This document shows positions 25,063 through 40,799 of a stretch of DNA of 64,000 nucleotides, one piece after another. The position numbers were made by a program, and so were the translations under genes. The notes beneath the pieces are model-generated. The model worked only from the letters and a program-made list of their open reading frames with translations, did not search any database and was not told the origin of the DNA. This DNA is from the human T2T-CHM13v2.0 reference genome, Homo sapiens: assembly GCF_009914755.1 (NCBI RefSeq), contig NC_060940.1. One strand, given 5' to 3'. The first letter of the stretch is position 1, and each line of letters starts with the position of its first letter.

Positions 25063-26774
25063 ACATAAAATATCTGTTACGCTAATTGCTGATATATATC
25101 ATATATACTAATTATGTACTGATTGCTGATATATATATGTCACACATAAATATCTGTTACACTAATTGCTGATATTTACATATATATATATATCAGCAAT
25201 TAGTGTAACAGATTAGATGGGCCTGTGGCCCTCTCCCTTGGAAAGCACATCTCTCCTTTAAAATGTTCATATTTGGTTCTTTGTGAGTTTCTATTCCAGG
25301 GAATCTGTTCTTCTCTGTCCTTTTTCTTATTATATACTCTAGGTTTCCTGTATAACTGATCTGAATAAAATCCTGCTGAAAGAACAGATTGCAAATGCCA
25401 CCTTTAGCAGCACCAAACTCTCTAAGATTTGCAAAATTTCTATTTTCTGGTGACCAGCCAGAATGTATTTTATAAGTCTCCCCTCTTGATGAACAACAAC
25501 TAATTTCTACTTCCCTTAGAAGAACAATTCTGTTCCTGAGGGGCAGGTATTAGAGCCAACATTGAGGGGAGCCCGGTATCTCAGAAGAAAAGAATTCCTT
25601 GCTAATTGTGGGCGTCTTTGCCGGAATAGCACTGTGCAATTGTGATAGGGGCCACAGAAATAAGAAAGCAAGGCTTTGTAATTCCCTAAACTTCAGGATT
25701 GAGCTACATCAGAGATTAAGGAAATTGCAGTAAATTTTATCAAAGTTTCTAAGCAGTGATGCAGTCAAGAGTTAATAAATTCATAGACTTGAGTTTTTGG
25801 TATGGCTAAATTTAATTATATGGTACATACAAGCATTCAATTTTATGAAGGTGAAAATAGGATACCTTGCAATAAAATGAACATTGGCATCAAAGTGTTC
25901 AAATTTGCAGATTTAATGTGCTTCAAAATAGCTTCATTTTATCACCATTCAACTGCAAAAAAAATCAAACTCATCTAGGAATTAATATCTAATATAGAGA
26001 ATGACAACGTGAAGCTTTCTTTTCTATTTCAGAAGGCATGGGAAATGGGTGTAAGAATGATCATGTGAAATTTATTTGGTGACAGTTAACAGCCTCTCCC
26101 CAAGTGGTCTTTAAAATAAATAGATACACATCATTTAAGGTCTCTCTAGATTGAGAGAAGAGAGGTGCTAAATTACAAGAGAAACAACTCACTTTCCAGG
26201 CCTCTGACCTTCCTCCTTCTACCTCCCTCACGTTCTAACCTGTTTCTCTAATACCTGAAGCTCCAATTTTACCATATGCTCAAATAAACACCACACAATC
26301 TTTGAATTTTCAATCTATGTATGATCCAAAATAACATAACAAGCATATACAATATTTAAGACGAAATTTCCAATTTTACACCAGATTGAGAGGAAATTTA
26401 CTGATACCTAGTTGGATGTGGCTAAGCAGAGCTCGTGAAGATTTCTTGATTATCCAGTTTTTTTCAATCGATGCAGACGGCCAAATCAAAGTTTCAGGCC
26501 AAATAAAATTTATCTTGAAGCCTCATTGCTTCACTGAAATTAACAGGATTAACCAGATAATTGGCAAAACTTTGTTTCCGTTCGTGGGATGTGAAATGGA
26601 TTCAGGTGACACTGCTCTCCCAGGTGTATATTAGACACAGCTGGGATGCCATCTATGGTCCTCATTACCGTGTTATGTGGGTTACGGAAGCAGAATCTTT
26701 CTTTTCTGAGGAAGCATGGCATCGTTTTAAAGAACATATTTGTATCAGACTGTTTGAGGTTCCACCATTTATTG

Positions 26775-26950
26775 TAAGTCCTTGTGCAAGATTCATAAGC
26801 CCTTTGGTCTTAGTTTCCTCATCTCAAAAATAGGAAATAATTGTGCAAACCTAATAGGGCTGCTGTGACAGTAAAAGGTATCATCATTTGTAAACCATGT
26901 GGTATAATGTTTTAGATGCAGTCAACTCCCAATGTATGTTGTTGTTGTTG
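26775..26950 (+). mobile_element. MIR SINE
   Basis: CTTGTGCAAG..GGTCTTAGTTTCCTCATCTCAAAAATAGG..ATAGGGCTGCTGTGA. Confidence 0.7.
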
Positions 26951-27289
26951 ATATATACTCTTTGTTACTATTGCATTAATATTAATACACCTGTGAATTC
27001 TAAGCTTTGTCACAGATTCCCAAGTTCCCCACTAATGATGGATGAATGATTTGGGGGTACCCAAAGCATAAACCAGTGGACTGACTATTTTGTTGAGTGG
27101 CCATTGGCTAATTCAGAAGAGTAAGTTAATAATTTTAAAATGAAATTAAATATTAACATTATGTAACTTGGGCAATTCATTAAGTATTTTTTTCTTATTA
27201 AAAAAGGTGTACAAGCCCAGTTAGCACTTCAGAAAAGGTAGATAAAACCTATTCCATATTTTACCAGTTTGGGTTGGGATAGATCCTAT

Positions 27290-27302
27290 TCTCTCTCTCT
27301 CC

Positions 27303-27356
<54 letters not shown>
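27290..27356. repeat. (TC)n plus (AC)26 microsatellite
   Basis: Perfect AC run 27305-27356. Confidence 0.97.
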
Positions 27357-27361
<5 letters not shown>

Positions 27362-27403
27362 TAAGCTTAACAATATATTATGGACATCTTCCCCATCATT
27401 ATA

Positions 27404-27864
27404 CATTTCACTCTTGAACAACACAGAAGTTAGGGGCACCAATCTCCCATGCAGTTGAAAATCTATGTATAATTTTTGACTCCCCCAAAACTTAACTACT
27501 AATAGCCTACCATTGACCAGAACCCTTACCAATAACAGTCAATTAACAAATATTTTGAATGTTATATGTATTATATACTGTAGTTTTATAATAAAATAAG
27601 CTGGAGAATATAAAATGTTATTAAGGAAATCAAAAGTAAGAGAAAATATATTTACTATTCCTTTAGTGGAAATCTATAATCATAAGTCTTCATCCTCATT
27701 GTCTTCACATTAAGTAGGCCAAGGAGGAGGAAGAAGAGGCAGGTTTTTTTTTTTTTTGTTTGTTTTTTTTTTTTTTTGCTGTCTTAGGGGTGGCAGAGGG
27801 AGGAGAAAGTCCACATGTAAGTGGACCCACGCAGCTGAAACCTGTGTTGCCCAGGAGTCAACTG
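27404..27864 (-). mobile_element. Tigger2a (TcMar-Tigger) non-autonomous element
   Basis: Ends ..CTCTTGAACAACAC and GTGTTGCCCAGGAGTCAACTG with TA flanks; internal GACTCCCCCAAAACTTAACTACTAATAGCCTAC and GTGGACCCACGCAG. Confidence 0.88.
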
Positions 27865-29649
27865 TAAACATACACACACACAAACACATACACACACAAA
27901 CTTATCAATATATTATGGACATCTTTCTGATCATTATGTATTCTTCTATAATAGAAGTTTAATTTTTAATAGATAACAGAAATAAATATAGCAATTTTGA
28001 CAGGAAACAATGTGGAGCGCTATGTTGAAAACAAAAATCGTCGTCAGCTTTCTACCATTTTATTTTCAGACTAGAGAGATCAAAGAAGAACTCATAATAT
28101 TACCTTGGCCAGGACCACTCCATGAGCATCTTCCATCCCTTTGTGTTTATTCCTGCTTTATGTGTTTGACAGAGAGGCATGAGTCTCTCTGATGTTGACT
28201 CTTTCAAGAAACACACCCATTCCTTCAATTAATTTATGAGTTATTCAGGACCTTGTAACAATTATTAATTCTGTTAATGCTAGATCTTGATTTTTATTTA
28301 TATGTTTATCACATTCCCATTCAAATTAATGTTCATTTTCAAGCTATAAAGATAAAAAAAACTCAGGGCTTTCTGACTTATTGAAGATGAAAGGCCATAT
28401 ATATGAACTATCTATGGAGATGTTGTTTTCTTGCTAGCAACACTTACTATCACTGCCTTATCCATCCCTTCTCTGACTTTGGCTTAAGGATAATGCTTTT
28501 TCCTCCTCCTGGAGATTCTACTTGGTTACCTCTGCTTTTCCTGATGCATCCAGTGAGACCCACAGATTACAAACCAAACTGTGTTGTTTTTTTTTTTCAG
28601 CACAAATCTATTCATTTGTTTTTCACAATTGAGGAAATATGAATATACAATACCCACACTACATAAGCAAGTTTCAAATACATCTACATGTGTATCTGAA
28701 ATGGATCTGGAAAGCAAACAGGGTAATGCTGAAAGAAAATCTTAATGAAATTTTTCTGTTTCTACTGAGGATTAATGAACACATATTTGACGAGTATTTG
28801 ACCACAATTGCTATGTCATATCGAGATTTTGCAGGATACATTAATAATCAAGAAGTGTTACAGGATTTTTTTTCTCTTTAGAATCATTCCCTTTATATTT
28901 TGAATTAAGGCTTGGAATTTCTTTGTAGTAATGCAAAATATTTAGACTTTTAAAAATTTGCCTTTAATTTGAGAAATGTAAATCTGAAATTCTAGGTGTT
29001 CCTGAATTGTGATGTTATTGACAATATAGTTACTCTAATTCCAATGGTCAATTGAAGTTAAAACCTAGGGAATAAAAAATAAACTGAATTTATGTCTTCT
29101 AGATGGTAAATAGTCTTTGATATATTTCATAAAGGGAAGAATTTACAGTACTGAAGAATATACTGCACATAATATAGAACTATCTGTTGCTTTCATAGTT
29201 TAGAAATTCGGGGCTCAGGGAAGTCCAGTGATTTGCCAAATATTACTCTGCCTTTTAAACCACAGCTGAGTTTCAGTTCTGTTTTCTACTATGTGTCTAT
29301 GGGGTTTTTATTTGTCTCCATCCCATGATTGAACTAGTATTTGTTAATAGTTAATATTTAAGTAAAAACTCAACATCTACATGGATCTAGAGGGGAATTA
29401 AGGAGTTGCTGTCATTGGTGTCAACATTTTAGTGGAGGAGGACATTCTTGGCATTGTCCCAGATCAGTTCAAGAGCTCCGGCTTGTTCCATGTGGTCCTT
29501 CTTTGGACAGGTAAACATCTCTGTTCCACCCCGCCTGCATCATCTTATCTTACCAGATTGTCATGAGGATATCACGAGGTGGCTTAATAGCCCAGTAGAG
29601 GTATGAAGCTAGGGGTTCAAGAAGTAGGAGAAGAAAAAACATACAGCTG

Positions 29650-30368
29650 TCAATACAGTAGTATCCCTGCATACCTACTATAATATAATAGCTATCATGC
29701 TAAAGACAAAACATACCACATGCTGGAAAGTATATGGAGCAACAGAAACTCTTATGCACTGCTTTCAGGAGGCGGAGTGGGTAGCTGTATATATAACTGG
29801 TATAACTACTTTAGAAGGGCATTTGACAATATCTACCAAAGGTGAACATTTGCATCCTATAGAACTTTTAAATGCAGCCATAAGGTTAGAGCCAAAATAA
29901 ATGGCAGAAAAAACAAAGTACTAAAACATTCACAACAGAAATACAAAGAACAGGCCTAACCTAAACACTAATAACATACCTTCAAAAGTGAAGTGTATCA
30001 TTAGTTGGTGACACATTCACACACTGAATTGCTATACAGCAATGATAATCAAAAGTCTATGACACACAATATGCACAAATTTTGAAACAACGTTGAGCAA
30101 AATACACCAAAGAGCATATCGTAGGTTTCACTTACGTAAAGTTCAAACACACACATTTATCTATGATGCTAGAAATCAGTACGGTGATTATCATTGGCGA
30201 CAGTGGAATGGATAATAAATGGAGGAGACATGAACCGTCTGAAGGCAGGTAATTGTCTTTTAGTTAAATTGGAGTGCGGATTAAAAGGTGCATTTCCTTT
30301 GAAAATTCATTGATTACATTATGACTTCTGCACCATTTTATTTTTAATTTGGGAAAGTATTTTTTAAA
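29650..30368 (+). mobile_element. L1ME-type 3' end
   Basis: TGCTGGAAAGTATATGGAGCAACAGAAACTC..TATACAGCAATG..AAAGTTCAAAC..CTATGATGCTAGAAATCAG..GAAAATTCATTGA. Confidence 0.7.
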
Positions 30369-31771
30369 TGTCTTCACACTTTAATTTATTTAAAAGCTAA
30401 GTGACTGTTTAAAGCAACAATAATAACTATGGATTGTGTGGTTAATAAAATTTCTAACAAAAACATCGCAATGCAGCTATGCTTATTCTCTATGCTTATT
30501 TGGACAACATTAGCTCTATTTGTACTACACGAAGAAGTATTCGTTGATCTATTTATTTTCCATTTCTATATTTCATGCCCTGGATTTAAAGTTACAATTC
30601 ACTCTTTTAACTGATTTCTGATTATATATATTTTTTCCTCTGGCATCCAGGTTTTTTTGTTTTGTTTTTGTAGGTCTATCGGCTGTTCAGACCTCTCTCC
30701 TACCAGGTCTCTGGCCTTCCAGGCAGGCAGCCTATTTCTCCATTTTCCCACCCACTGCCAATCAGTTCACCGTCAATTCTCCTGCTTTCCATTGTCATGG
30801 CAGAGTGCAGCTTTCAGAGCCCGCCATGTTGGCAGCCTTCAATGCTTCTCCCTGGGGTTTGCAATCTCATTCCTGTGATGGCCTCAGGGCCTGCCAGGCC
30901 TGGGTCATTTCCAGCGCCTCTCCTGTGAGAGGTTCCCTCCCCCAGCATTGTCCAGAGGGTTTGTATTATGATTATGGGTAATGGGCTTTCCATCCTTCAG
31001 CTGTCAAAAGCTCTCTCTGCAGTTTATCCCCACTGTCTTTTAATTTTCACTTTTTAACTGAAAGCAAAATGAAACAAACAAGAGGTTTATAATCACCTCA
31101 ATTTAACATTTGGAATGACAAAAAAAAAGAAAAGAAAAATAAATCGGCAGTATCTGAGTGCTTTTGAAAGCCTCAGCTGCCTGTTGGCTTTTCCTGTTTT
31201 GTTCTATTTTCCTCTTTACCTCCTTCCTCATACCACCCTCCTCTTTCCCCCTTCCTGGAGTCTGAGAACTGTCCACGTGATGATAGCTTTCAATACCACT
31301 CACCAGAGTCATTTAACCATGGGTTTTAACCTCTGGTTTGTAGCAGCTTGGTGCACCATTAAATCAGTAGTCTTGTTGCAGCACCAGAAAGAGTTGAAGA
31401 GCTATTAAATTCAACATAATTGTTTTGGAAATGGTGATTGCATGCCGTACCCACTGGTTTAGTCATAGTTAAGAGAGCACTAATCTATTTTTCCCCTGCA
31501 ACCAAGTGTTTTGCAAAACTTCATAGCTTGGCATATTCCATTACCCAGACCCCTAGATAAGAGTTTCCTGTGAGAAAATTTATAATGTGTTCCTTGTACT
31601 TTAATCATGAAATATAAATTCAAATGCACATGGAAATGGACCCTTAAAACTGGACCTGAGTGTCTATTTTGCCTTCGGCTAACTATCCAAGATTCCTTTT
31701 AAAGCAAAATGCCTTGACCCCGTGGCTAGAATTTTGGTGAGGGGCAATTTTAAGAACTAGATAACAATAAT

Positions 31772-32351
31772 TATGGCAAGTAGCTTCTAATATGGCCCCA
31801 GTGACTTCCAGTTCTCAGAATTCACAATCTGGTGCATGCTGTTCACTTGAATATGGATTGGACCTAATGAATTGCTTCTAATAAATAGAATACCAAAAAA
31901 AAAAAAGATGTAATATCACTTCTGAAATTAAGTTACCAAGAGACTGGCTTTTTTTCCTGGGCATCCACTCTTGCTTGCTTGCTCTGAGGGAAGCCAGCTG
32001 CCATGTCATAAGCTTCCATATGGAGAGTTCCACCTGATGAGGAGCTGATGGTATCCCCGGAGTTTACAGGTAACCAGGAAGTGAGGCCTCACTGTAATTG
32101 CCCTTGAGGAACTGAATACTGTCAACAATAATATACACAAGCTTGGAAGTGTATGTGCCCCAATAAAGCCCTGAGATAACTGTAGCCCAGCCAGACATTT
32201 TGATTGTAGCCCATCTAACACATCTCCACTGGAGGACTCAGCTAAACCACACCCAGATTCCTAATCCACAGAAGCTACGAGATCATGTGTTCATTGTGTT
32301 AAGCCACTAAGTTCCAAGATATTTATTATATATTAATAGATAACCATTACA
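31772..32351 (+). mobile_element. MLT1F-type MaLR LTR
   Basis: CTTCTAATATGGCCCCAGTGA..GGGAAGCCAGCTGCCATGT..CCCAGATTCCTAATCCACAGAAGCT..TTAAGCCACTAAGTT..ATAGATAACCATTACA. Confidence 0.8.
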
Positions 32352-32364
32352 ATGATAGTAATAA

Positions 32365-32600
32365 AAATTATTACCATTGTTTACATTGTTATGGTTTAAC
32401 ATTCTTTTAAAAATATATTACTATATCTTCAAAACAAAGATATACAATAGGTATTATCGTTTCCACTTATTTCTTTTTTTTTAAGATAAGAAACTGAGGC
32501 TCGGAAATATTAAGCAGGTTACCAGTGTTCACTCAGCTTGTGAAGTGGCGGAGTTTGTGTCAGAACCCTAAATGATAACTCTAAACCTTGTGTTCTTCCA
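32365..32600 (-). mobile_element. MIR SINE
   Basis: AGATAAGAAACTGAGGCTCGGAAA reverse core. Confidence 0.7.
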
Positions 32601-33459
32601 AAAGAAAAGTGCTTTGTAAACTGTACAATTTATTATAAATGGGAGTTTAAAATGCCAAAGATTAGACAAATAACACTTCTAACAATAGGGCTTCATGTTT
32701 AGAATGTAATACTCTGAAACCTTTGATAATGCAAATTTCTTAGAGAAAGTGCTACCATTTTAATCCCATGAATTCCTGGCATCTCAACATTAGGCAAGAA
32801 GAGTTCATATGAAGGGAAGAGGGAGAGAAAGAATTTGAAGTCTTAGCTTACCAAATAAGGATGAAGAGCAAATAAAGATTCAAAAAGTTTGTGAAAACCA
32901 TGACATGTCTCACAAATTAAAGATGGGTAATATTTCCAAACATCTCCTAATAATGAATCCATTTAAATTATGCCATAAATATTTTAAAATAATTATATGA
33001 ATTAATAAATGACTAGCGGGTACTGCTAAAAGAAAGACGTGGTGATAATGTTTTACATAAAGTACTGGAAATTCTCTCTTTCTCTCTGTCACACACACAC
33101 TTACTCATAGGATACCCAGGACATAGTAGATATTAAAAAAAATTACTGAAGCTGAACCTGAAATGTTTATTTCAGAAGGTTATATATTTGTAATGAGCCA
33201 TAGGAATGTGTTGCATTACTTTGTTTTGTTCAAAATGGCTTGTGTTGCTCAAAATAATGCATTACATAGATGTAGATTTAATAATCACCATAGCAACCAA
33301 AATGTAAATCTTCCTTTGTATAGCCTCGCCATGTATTATTTTAAATACATTTAATCTTTAGAACCCACAGAGAGTTGATAGCTTGAGCCTTTGTCTTTTA
33401 TTCACTCTAAGACTAATTTAAGAAGAGATATTATTTCTTTAGAGATGGAGATTGGGACT

Positions 33460-34273
33460 TAGATCAGTCTTCTATTGCTGTTGTAACAAATTACCACAAA
33501 CTTAGTGGCTTTGAAAAACAAAAATTTATTATCTTGCTGTTGAGAAGGTCAGAAGTCTAAAAAGGGTCAACAGGGTTACCTTCCTTGTAGAGGCTCTGCT
33601 GAGGAATTGTTTTCCTTGACTTTTTCAGCTTCTAGAGAGCACCTGCTTTCCTTGGCCCTTCATCCCTTTCTAAATCTTCAAAGCCAGCACAATAGCATAT
33701 TAAAATTTCTACCTCTCTGGTCTCTGTTTCTATCGTCACATTTCCTACTCTGAGCCTCCCGCTTATAAGGACTCTGATATGGTTTGGCTCTGTATCCCCA
33801 CCCAAATCTCATCTCAAATTGTAATCCCCATGTGCAGAGGGAGGGAGGTGATTGGATCCCCACGCTGTTCTCATGAAAGTGAGTGAATTCTCATGAGATC
33901 TGATGGTTTTCAAAGCAGCAGTTTTTTACCCTGCGCTCTCACTTCTCTTTTTTGCTGCTTTGTGAGGAAGCTGCCTACTTCCCCTTCCACCATGATTCTA
34001 AGTTTCCTGAGGTTTCCCCAGCCACGTGGAACTGTGAGTCAATTAAACCTCTTCTTTATAAATTACCCAGTCTCCAGTAGTATCTTTATCAGTGTGAGCA
34101 CGGACTAATCCAGACTCCTTTGATCACATTAGGCCCATAAGAATAATCTAAAATAGTCTTCCTATCTCAAAATCTCTAACTTAATCATATCTGTAAAGTC
34201 CCTTTTGGAATGTAAGATACCGTATACACAGGTTCCAGGAATTAGGATGTGGATGTCTTTGGGGGCCATTGTT
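33460..34273 (-). mobile_element. MLT1C/D-type MaLR LTR, interrupted by THE1
   Basis: CTATTGCTGTTGTAACAAATTACCACAAACTTAGTGGC ... CACAGGTTCCAGGAATTAGGATGTGGATGTCTTTGGGGGCCATT. Confidence 0.85.
33775..34112 (+). mobile_element. THE1D-like MaLR solo LTR
   Basis: TGATATGGTTTGGCTCTGT...GGACTAATCCA with perfect 5-bp TSD GACTC (33770-33774, 34113-34117). Confidence 0.9.
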
Positions 34274-34325
34274 CTCTCTCCACGGAAACTACTTTGGTTT
34301 GCAGAGAGAACTAAGAAAAATAATT

Positions 34326-34440
34326 TTCTTGAGAAGTGTCTGTTCATATCCTTTGCCCACTTTTTGATGGGGTTGTTTGATTTTTTCTTGTAAGTTTTGT
34401 TTAAGTTATTTGTAGATTCTGGATATTAGCCCTTTTTGTC
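34326..34440 (-). mobile_element. Isolated L1PA ORF2 internal fragment
   Basis: GAGAAGTGTCTGTTCATATCCTTTGCCCACTTTTTGATGGGGTTGTTTG..GTAGATTCTGGATATTAGCCCTTT, close to primate L1 consensus. Confidence 0.85.
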
Positions 34441-36670
34441 GAAATCCTAATGTAAGAACCCATGAAGAAAGAAAACAAAGGCTAATGTTTTTGTCTGACT
34501 CCTTGTTTCACCATAATGGTAGGGGGCTTACTGATGCTCTGGTTCAAACATGCCTGACTGGCTCATTCATAAATTCACATTCTCACATACTCAGTGTTAC
34601 ACACTGTCATCTTCTGTTCAAAGAAAATAACAAAATGAGTATGAAATTGTTATTTCTGTCATCTACAATTCCTCCAGCACTTTTCTGTACTCAGCATCTG
34701 ATGTTGGGAATATTTTCTGACAGAGTTGTTTGAGTGCTTTAATAATCTTCAAAAAGCTTGGCCACCTTTGTCTTCAACTAATATTGTATGGCCTATTTGA
34801 CTTTAAACAATAGCTTGAGAGAGATAGGAGACTGAAAAAGATGTAACTGATTTATGTTACATACAGAAAGACAAGGAAAGGACCCACAGATTATATATTT
34901 ACTTCTCCTGAGGTTGGGAAATCCAGTTTCCTGATGGGGGAAAAAATTAAGTACTACTAGAAGAATCAAGCTTAAAACTTCATATTTCGGACTCTGATTT
35001 GTTTCTACCTTATAGCTCTGGGTAAAAATAACTTATGGTAAATAATAAAAAAAGTCTACTTGTAAGCTTCATTTTTATCCCTCACAAAAATAATGATCTA
35101 ATGAGTTAAGAGATTACCTGGAGAATTCAGAATTTATTGACAGTCTGTTCTAATAAAGGTGATAGTAAACTCTTTTAAAAAGAGACCACAAATAAAAAAG
35201 TTTTAAAAAGAAACTTAAAAAAGCCGATGGTTTCCCTGAATGATCTCATTTTTATCAATAAAAGTTTAACATCTGCTTACAATAATATAATATTCAAGAT
35301 ACAAAAAAAGACCCAGAAAATTATTATTACTCTCTCTTTGATGTTTTACAACTAAGTAGGGAAAGTCAGAAAATCTAAGGGGGTTCCAAGTTCTGCCATT
35401 TATCTACATATATCTATAAGTAGGTTAATTAATATCTTGAAGTGTTGAGGTTTTATGTTTTTTTTAATCCATGCTGAAATTTACAGTTTCACTAGGAAAT
35501 GCAGTGATTCACTCAGATTAGTTCCTTGGAGTGCTTTTGGCCAGGATTCATGCTGTTTAAAAACAACAACATAAAAAGTACCCATTCTGCTTTATTTTAA
35601 ATTTAAATCAGAGAATATTACTAGTTTGATTATAGAATAGTCTCCAAGTCCCAAAAAAGAACCATTTTCTTGTATTTGAAATTAATAACTTTTATAGTTA
35701 TTTAATCAAAAGGCCTATTGAATTCCAATGATGTGACTAACCCCCTGCAAAGTACCATAGGGGGCTGTAAAGAGTGGTATGTGGGCCTGATTTCAGAGAA
35801 CAGCAACAGGGAAAATACACCAAATATTCTCCAGAAATATACAACGTGCTTAAGAGAAAATTATGGATTTCTGATTCGGTCACTTCTTAAATGCAGTAAA
35901 ATTAGTAGCCTTCTCATTGTTTCTCCAACATGCTAAGCAATTTCTACCTAAATCATTTCTTCAACCAAGTACTAGTGAAAAGAAGCTGCTTTCAACTCAG
36001 AAAATTCTAAGTATCACTTTTCTGGTTAATTCCTTAGTATTTATCATAACTTACATGTTTTATTTGTAGCTTTTACTTTGTGCTGGACATTTTTGTAATT
36101 ACAAATGTTAGCTCATTTAATTTTTTTATTATTCCTTTATGTATAATTTTAATTTGTGTTTGCCATGTTCCCACCACAACCTCTAATAAGAACTAAAAAC
36201 ATAGAGAAATCATGTCTACATTGAGTGTTTTGAGTGAGACCTAAGGGAGATTTTGGAGAAAAGTGAAACTATTACATGTTTAATTGTCTCATCTTTCTAA
36301 ATCAGCTCAGTGAGGGTAGTGCCCATAAATCCTCGCATTACTTCTCCAGCGTCTAATATGGTATCTGGCACAGTATCTAGCAGTTAAATATATGTTTCTT
36401 AAATAAGTGATAAAGCAAATGGATTTTTAATATACTTAATGTCATGTATTGCAGAGATACAGGATTATGTTTAAAAATAATAAATCACAAACTACGTAAT
36501 GATATATTGGTTATCATTTTAAATAGTTTTACATTAATATTCATACAACAAGTGGTCACTAAATGTATTGTTGAACTGGGTGAACATCAGAAATGTGATC
36601 TTTAGGCATGAGGTACTTGCAATCTGGTTGAAATATAGATCCTATTCTACCCCACTGCAGTGGATACCAT

Positions 36671-39284
<2,614 letters not shown>

Positions 39285-40799
39285 CACACAGGCCATATTT
39301 TTAAGACTCAGTGTCTTTGAACTCTACCAACTTTGAATTTGAATATCTGAATCTTCCCTTCTTGTAAATGCTTCTACTCTGCTGATTGCATTAGTTATGA
39401 CAGGTTTCGTGGCTCACTAAGCCAAAAATCCTTACTATTGGGTTACTTACAGGGAAAATTTGGCAAACCCTAATTCAGATCACACCCTTTCCATAGTCTT
39501 TCAATATTACCATAGATGGAAGGTGGAAGCTCAACATCTCTTTTCGTTTCATTTTGTTTTATAATATTGTGAATTTTTTTGTGTTTTTTAAATTCTGTTT
39601 TACAGTTAAAATATATCATTCACTTCCTTTTTTTCAAGTGCATAACAAATGAAATTACTTCTGAAACTTACTGTGTTTTTACATAATAGTATTGAACATC
39701 GATAGTATCAATAGTATTATTGAAATAATATAGCAAATCACTAGTATTGATTTAACATCAACTTTTAAGAAATAAAAGTGCTGTCTGTCTGTCTTGTCTG
39801 TCTTAATCCTTTTCCAAGTGAGGTGTACTTACAGACATATGGGAAAGAGAAATAATAAAATAACCAGTGTGATTGCTTCTGAGGCATATTAGCATAAACC
39901 ATCAGAAGCTTGACTTTCTGTTTGCTAAACTGTTTTAGACAAGATAATTACATTAAAGTGCTTGGTATTTTCAAGTTATTGCATAATGTCGTGAGTCTTA
40001 GATGATTTTGTCTGGCTGTGCTCCTGATAGCCAAATCAATGAAAATGTACTGCAGTGAAAGGGGAAGATTTTGGAAGAAGTATGTGGGAGGTCTGGGAGG
40101 AACTTCCTTTTTATCTGGACTGTGGAAAGATTTTGCCAAATGTTACCAAAGGAAACAGAATGAGAAAAAATTTAGCGTTGCTCTTCTACTTACAAGAATC
40201 AGAGGATGACATAGAACTTTTTAAAAAATGAAATTTATTGTAAGATACTTGTGGTTAAAAATCTAAGACAGGAAATGGAAATCAGCTAGAAACTGAGTAA
40301 CCTTTGTCTCTCTCTGTCTCTCTTATGGCATCTGATTCTGTCATCTGCTCTCTTCTCTCACCATGGTCTGGCATTTCCTTTATATTTTGGGTATCTTTTC
40401 CTACTTCGTGTCTGTTCACTTAATGGTTTCTGCTTCCTCGGGAGTGTAGCTTACAGATACATATTCCCACAATTTCACCTAATGCCTTTTCTGTACCCAT
40501 GCCTTAATTTCTGTTTAGGTGTCCAATGATCTTGCTTTTCCCCACTCATTTTTCTCATGAAAGATCTCACCGAGAATCAGATGGGCCTGGCTAATTCTGT
40601 CATGCTAGAACTCCTTCTGGGCTGTTGCTCAGTTTATTTCATGGCTCTTCTGATCCTGTCTTTTGAAACATCAAATAATACATCTGCTGAGATTGTAGGT
40701 ATATCATTATAAGGTCTTTATAGAATTTTCTCTGATTTAGGGACTATGGACAGAAAGCTATAAACAAGACACACCTGGTAAGATATTTCTTGCCAACCA

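Noticed and set aside
40150-40780. Possible old LTR (MLT1/LTR78-like)
   Set aside because: Too degenerate to assign family or boundaries by eye
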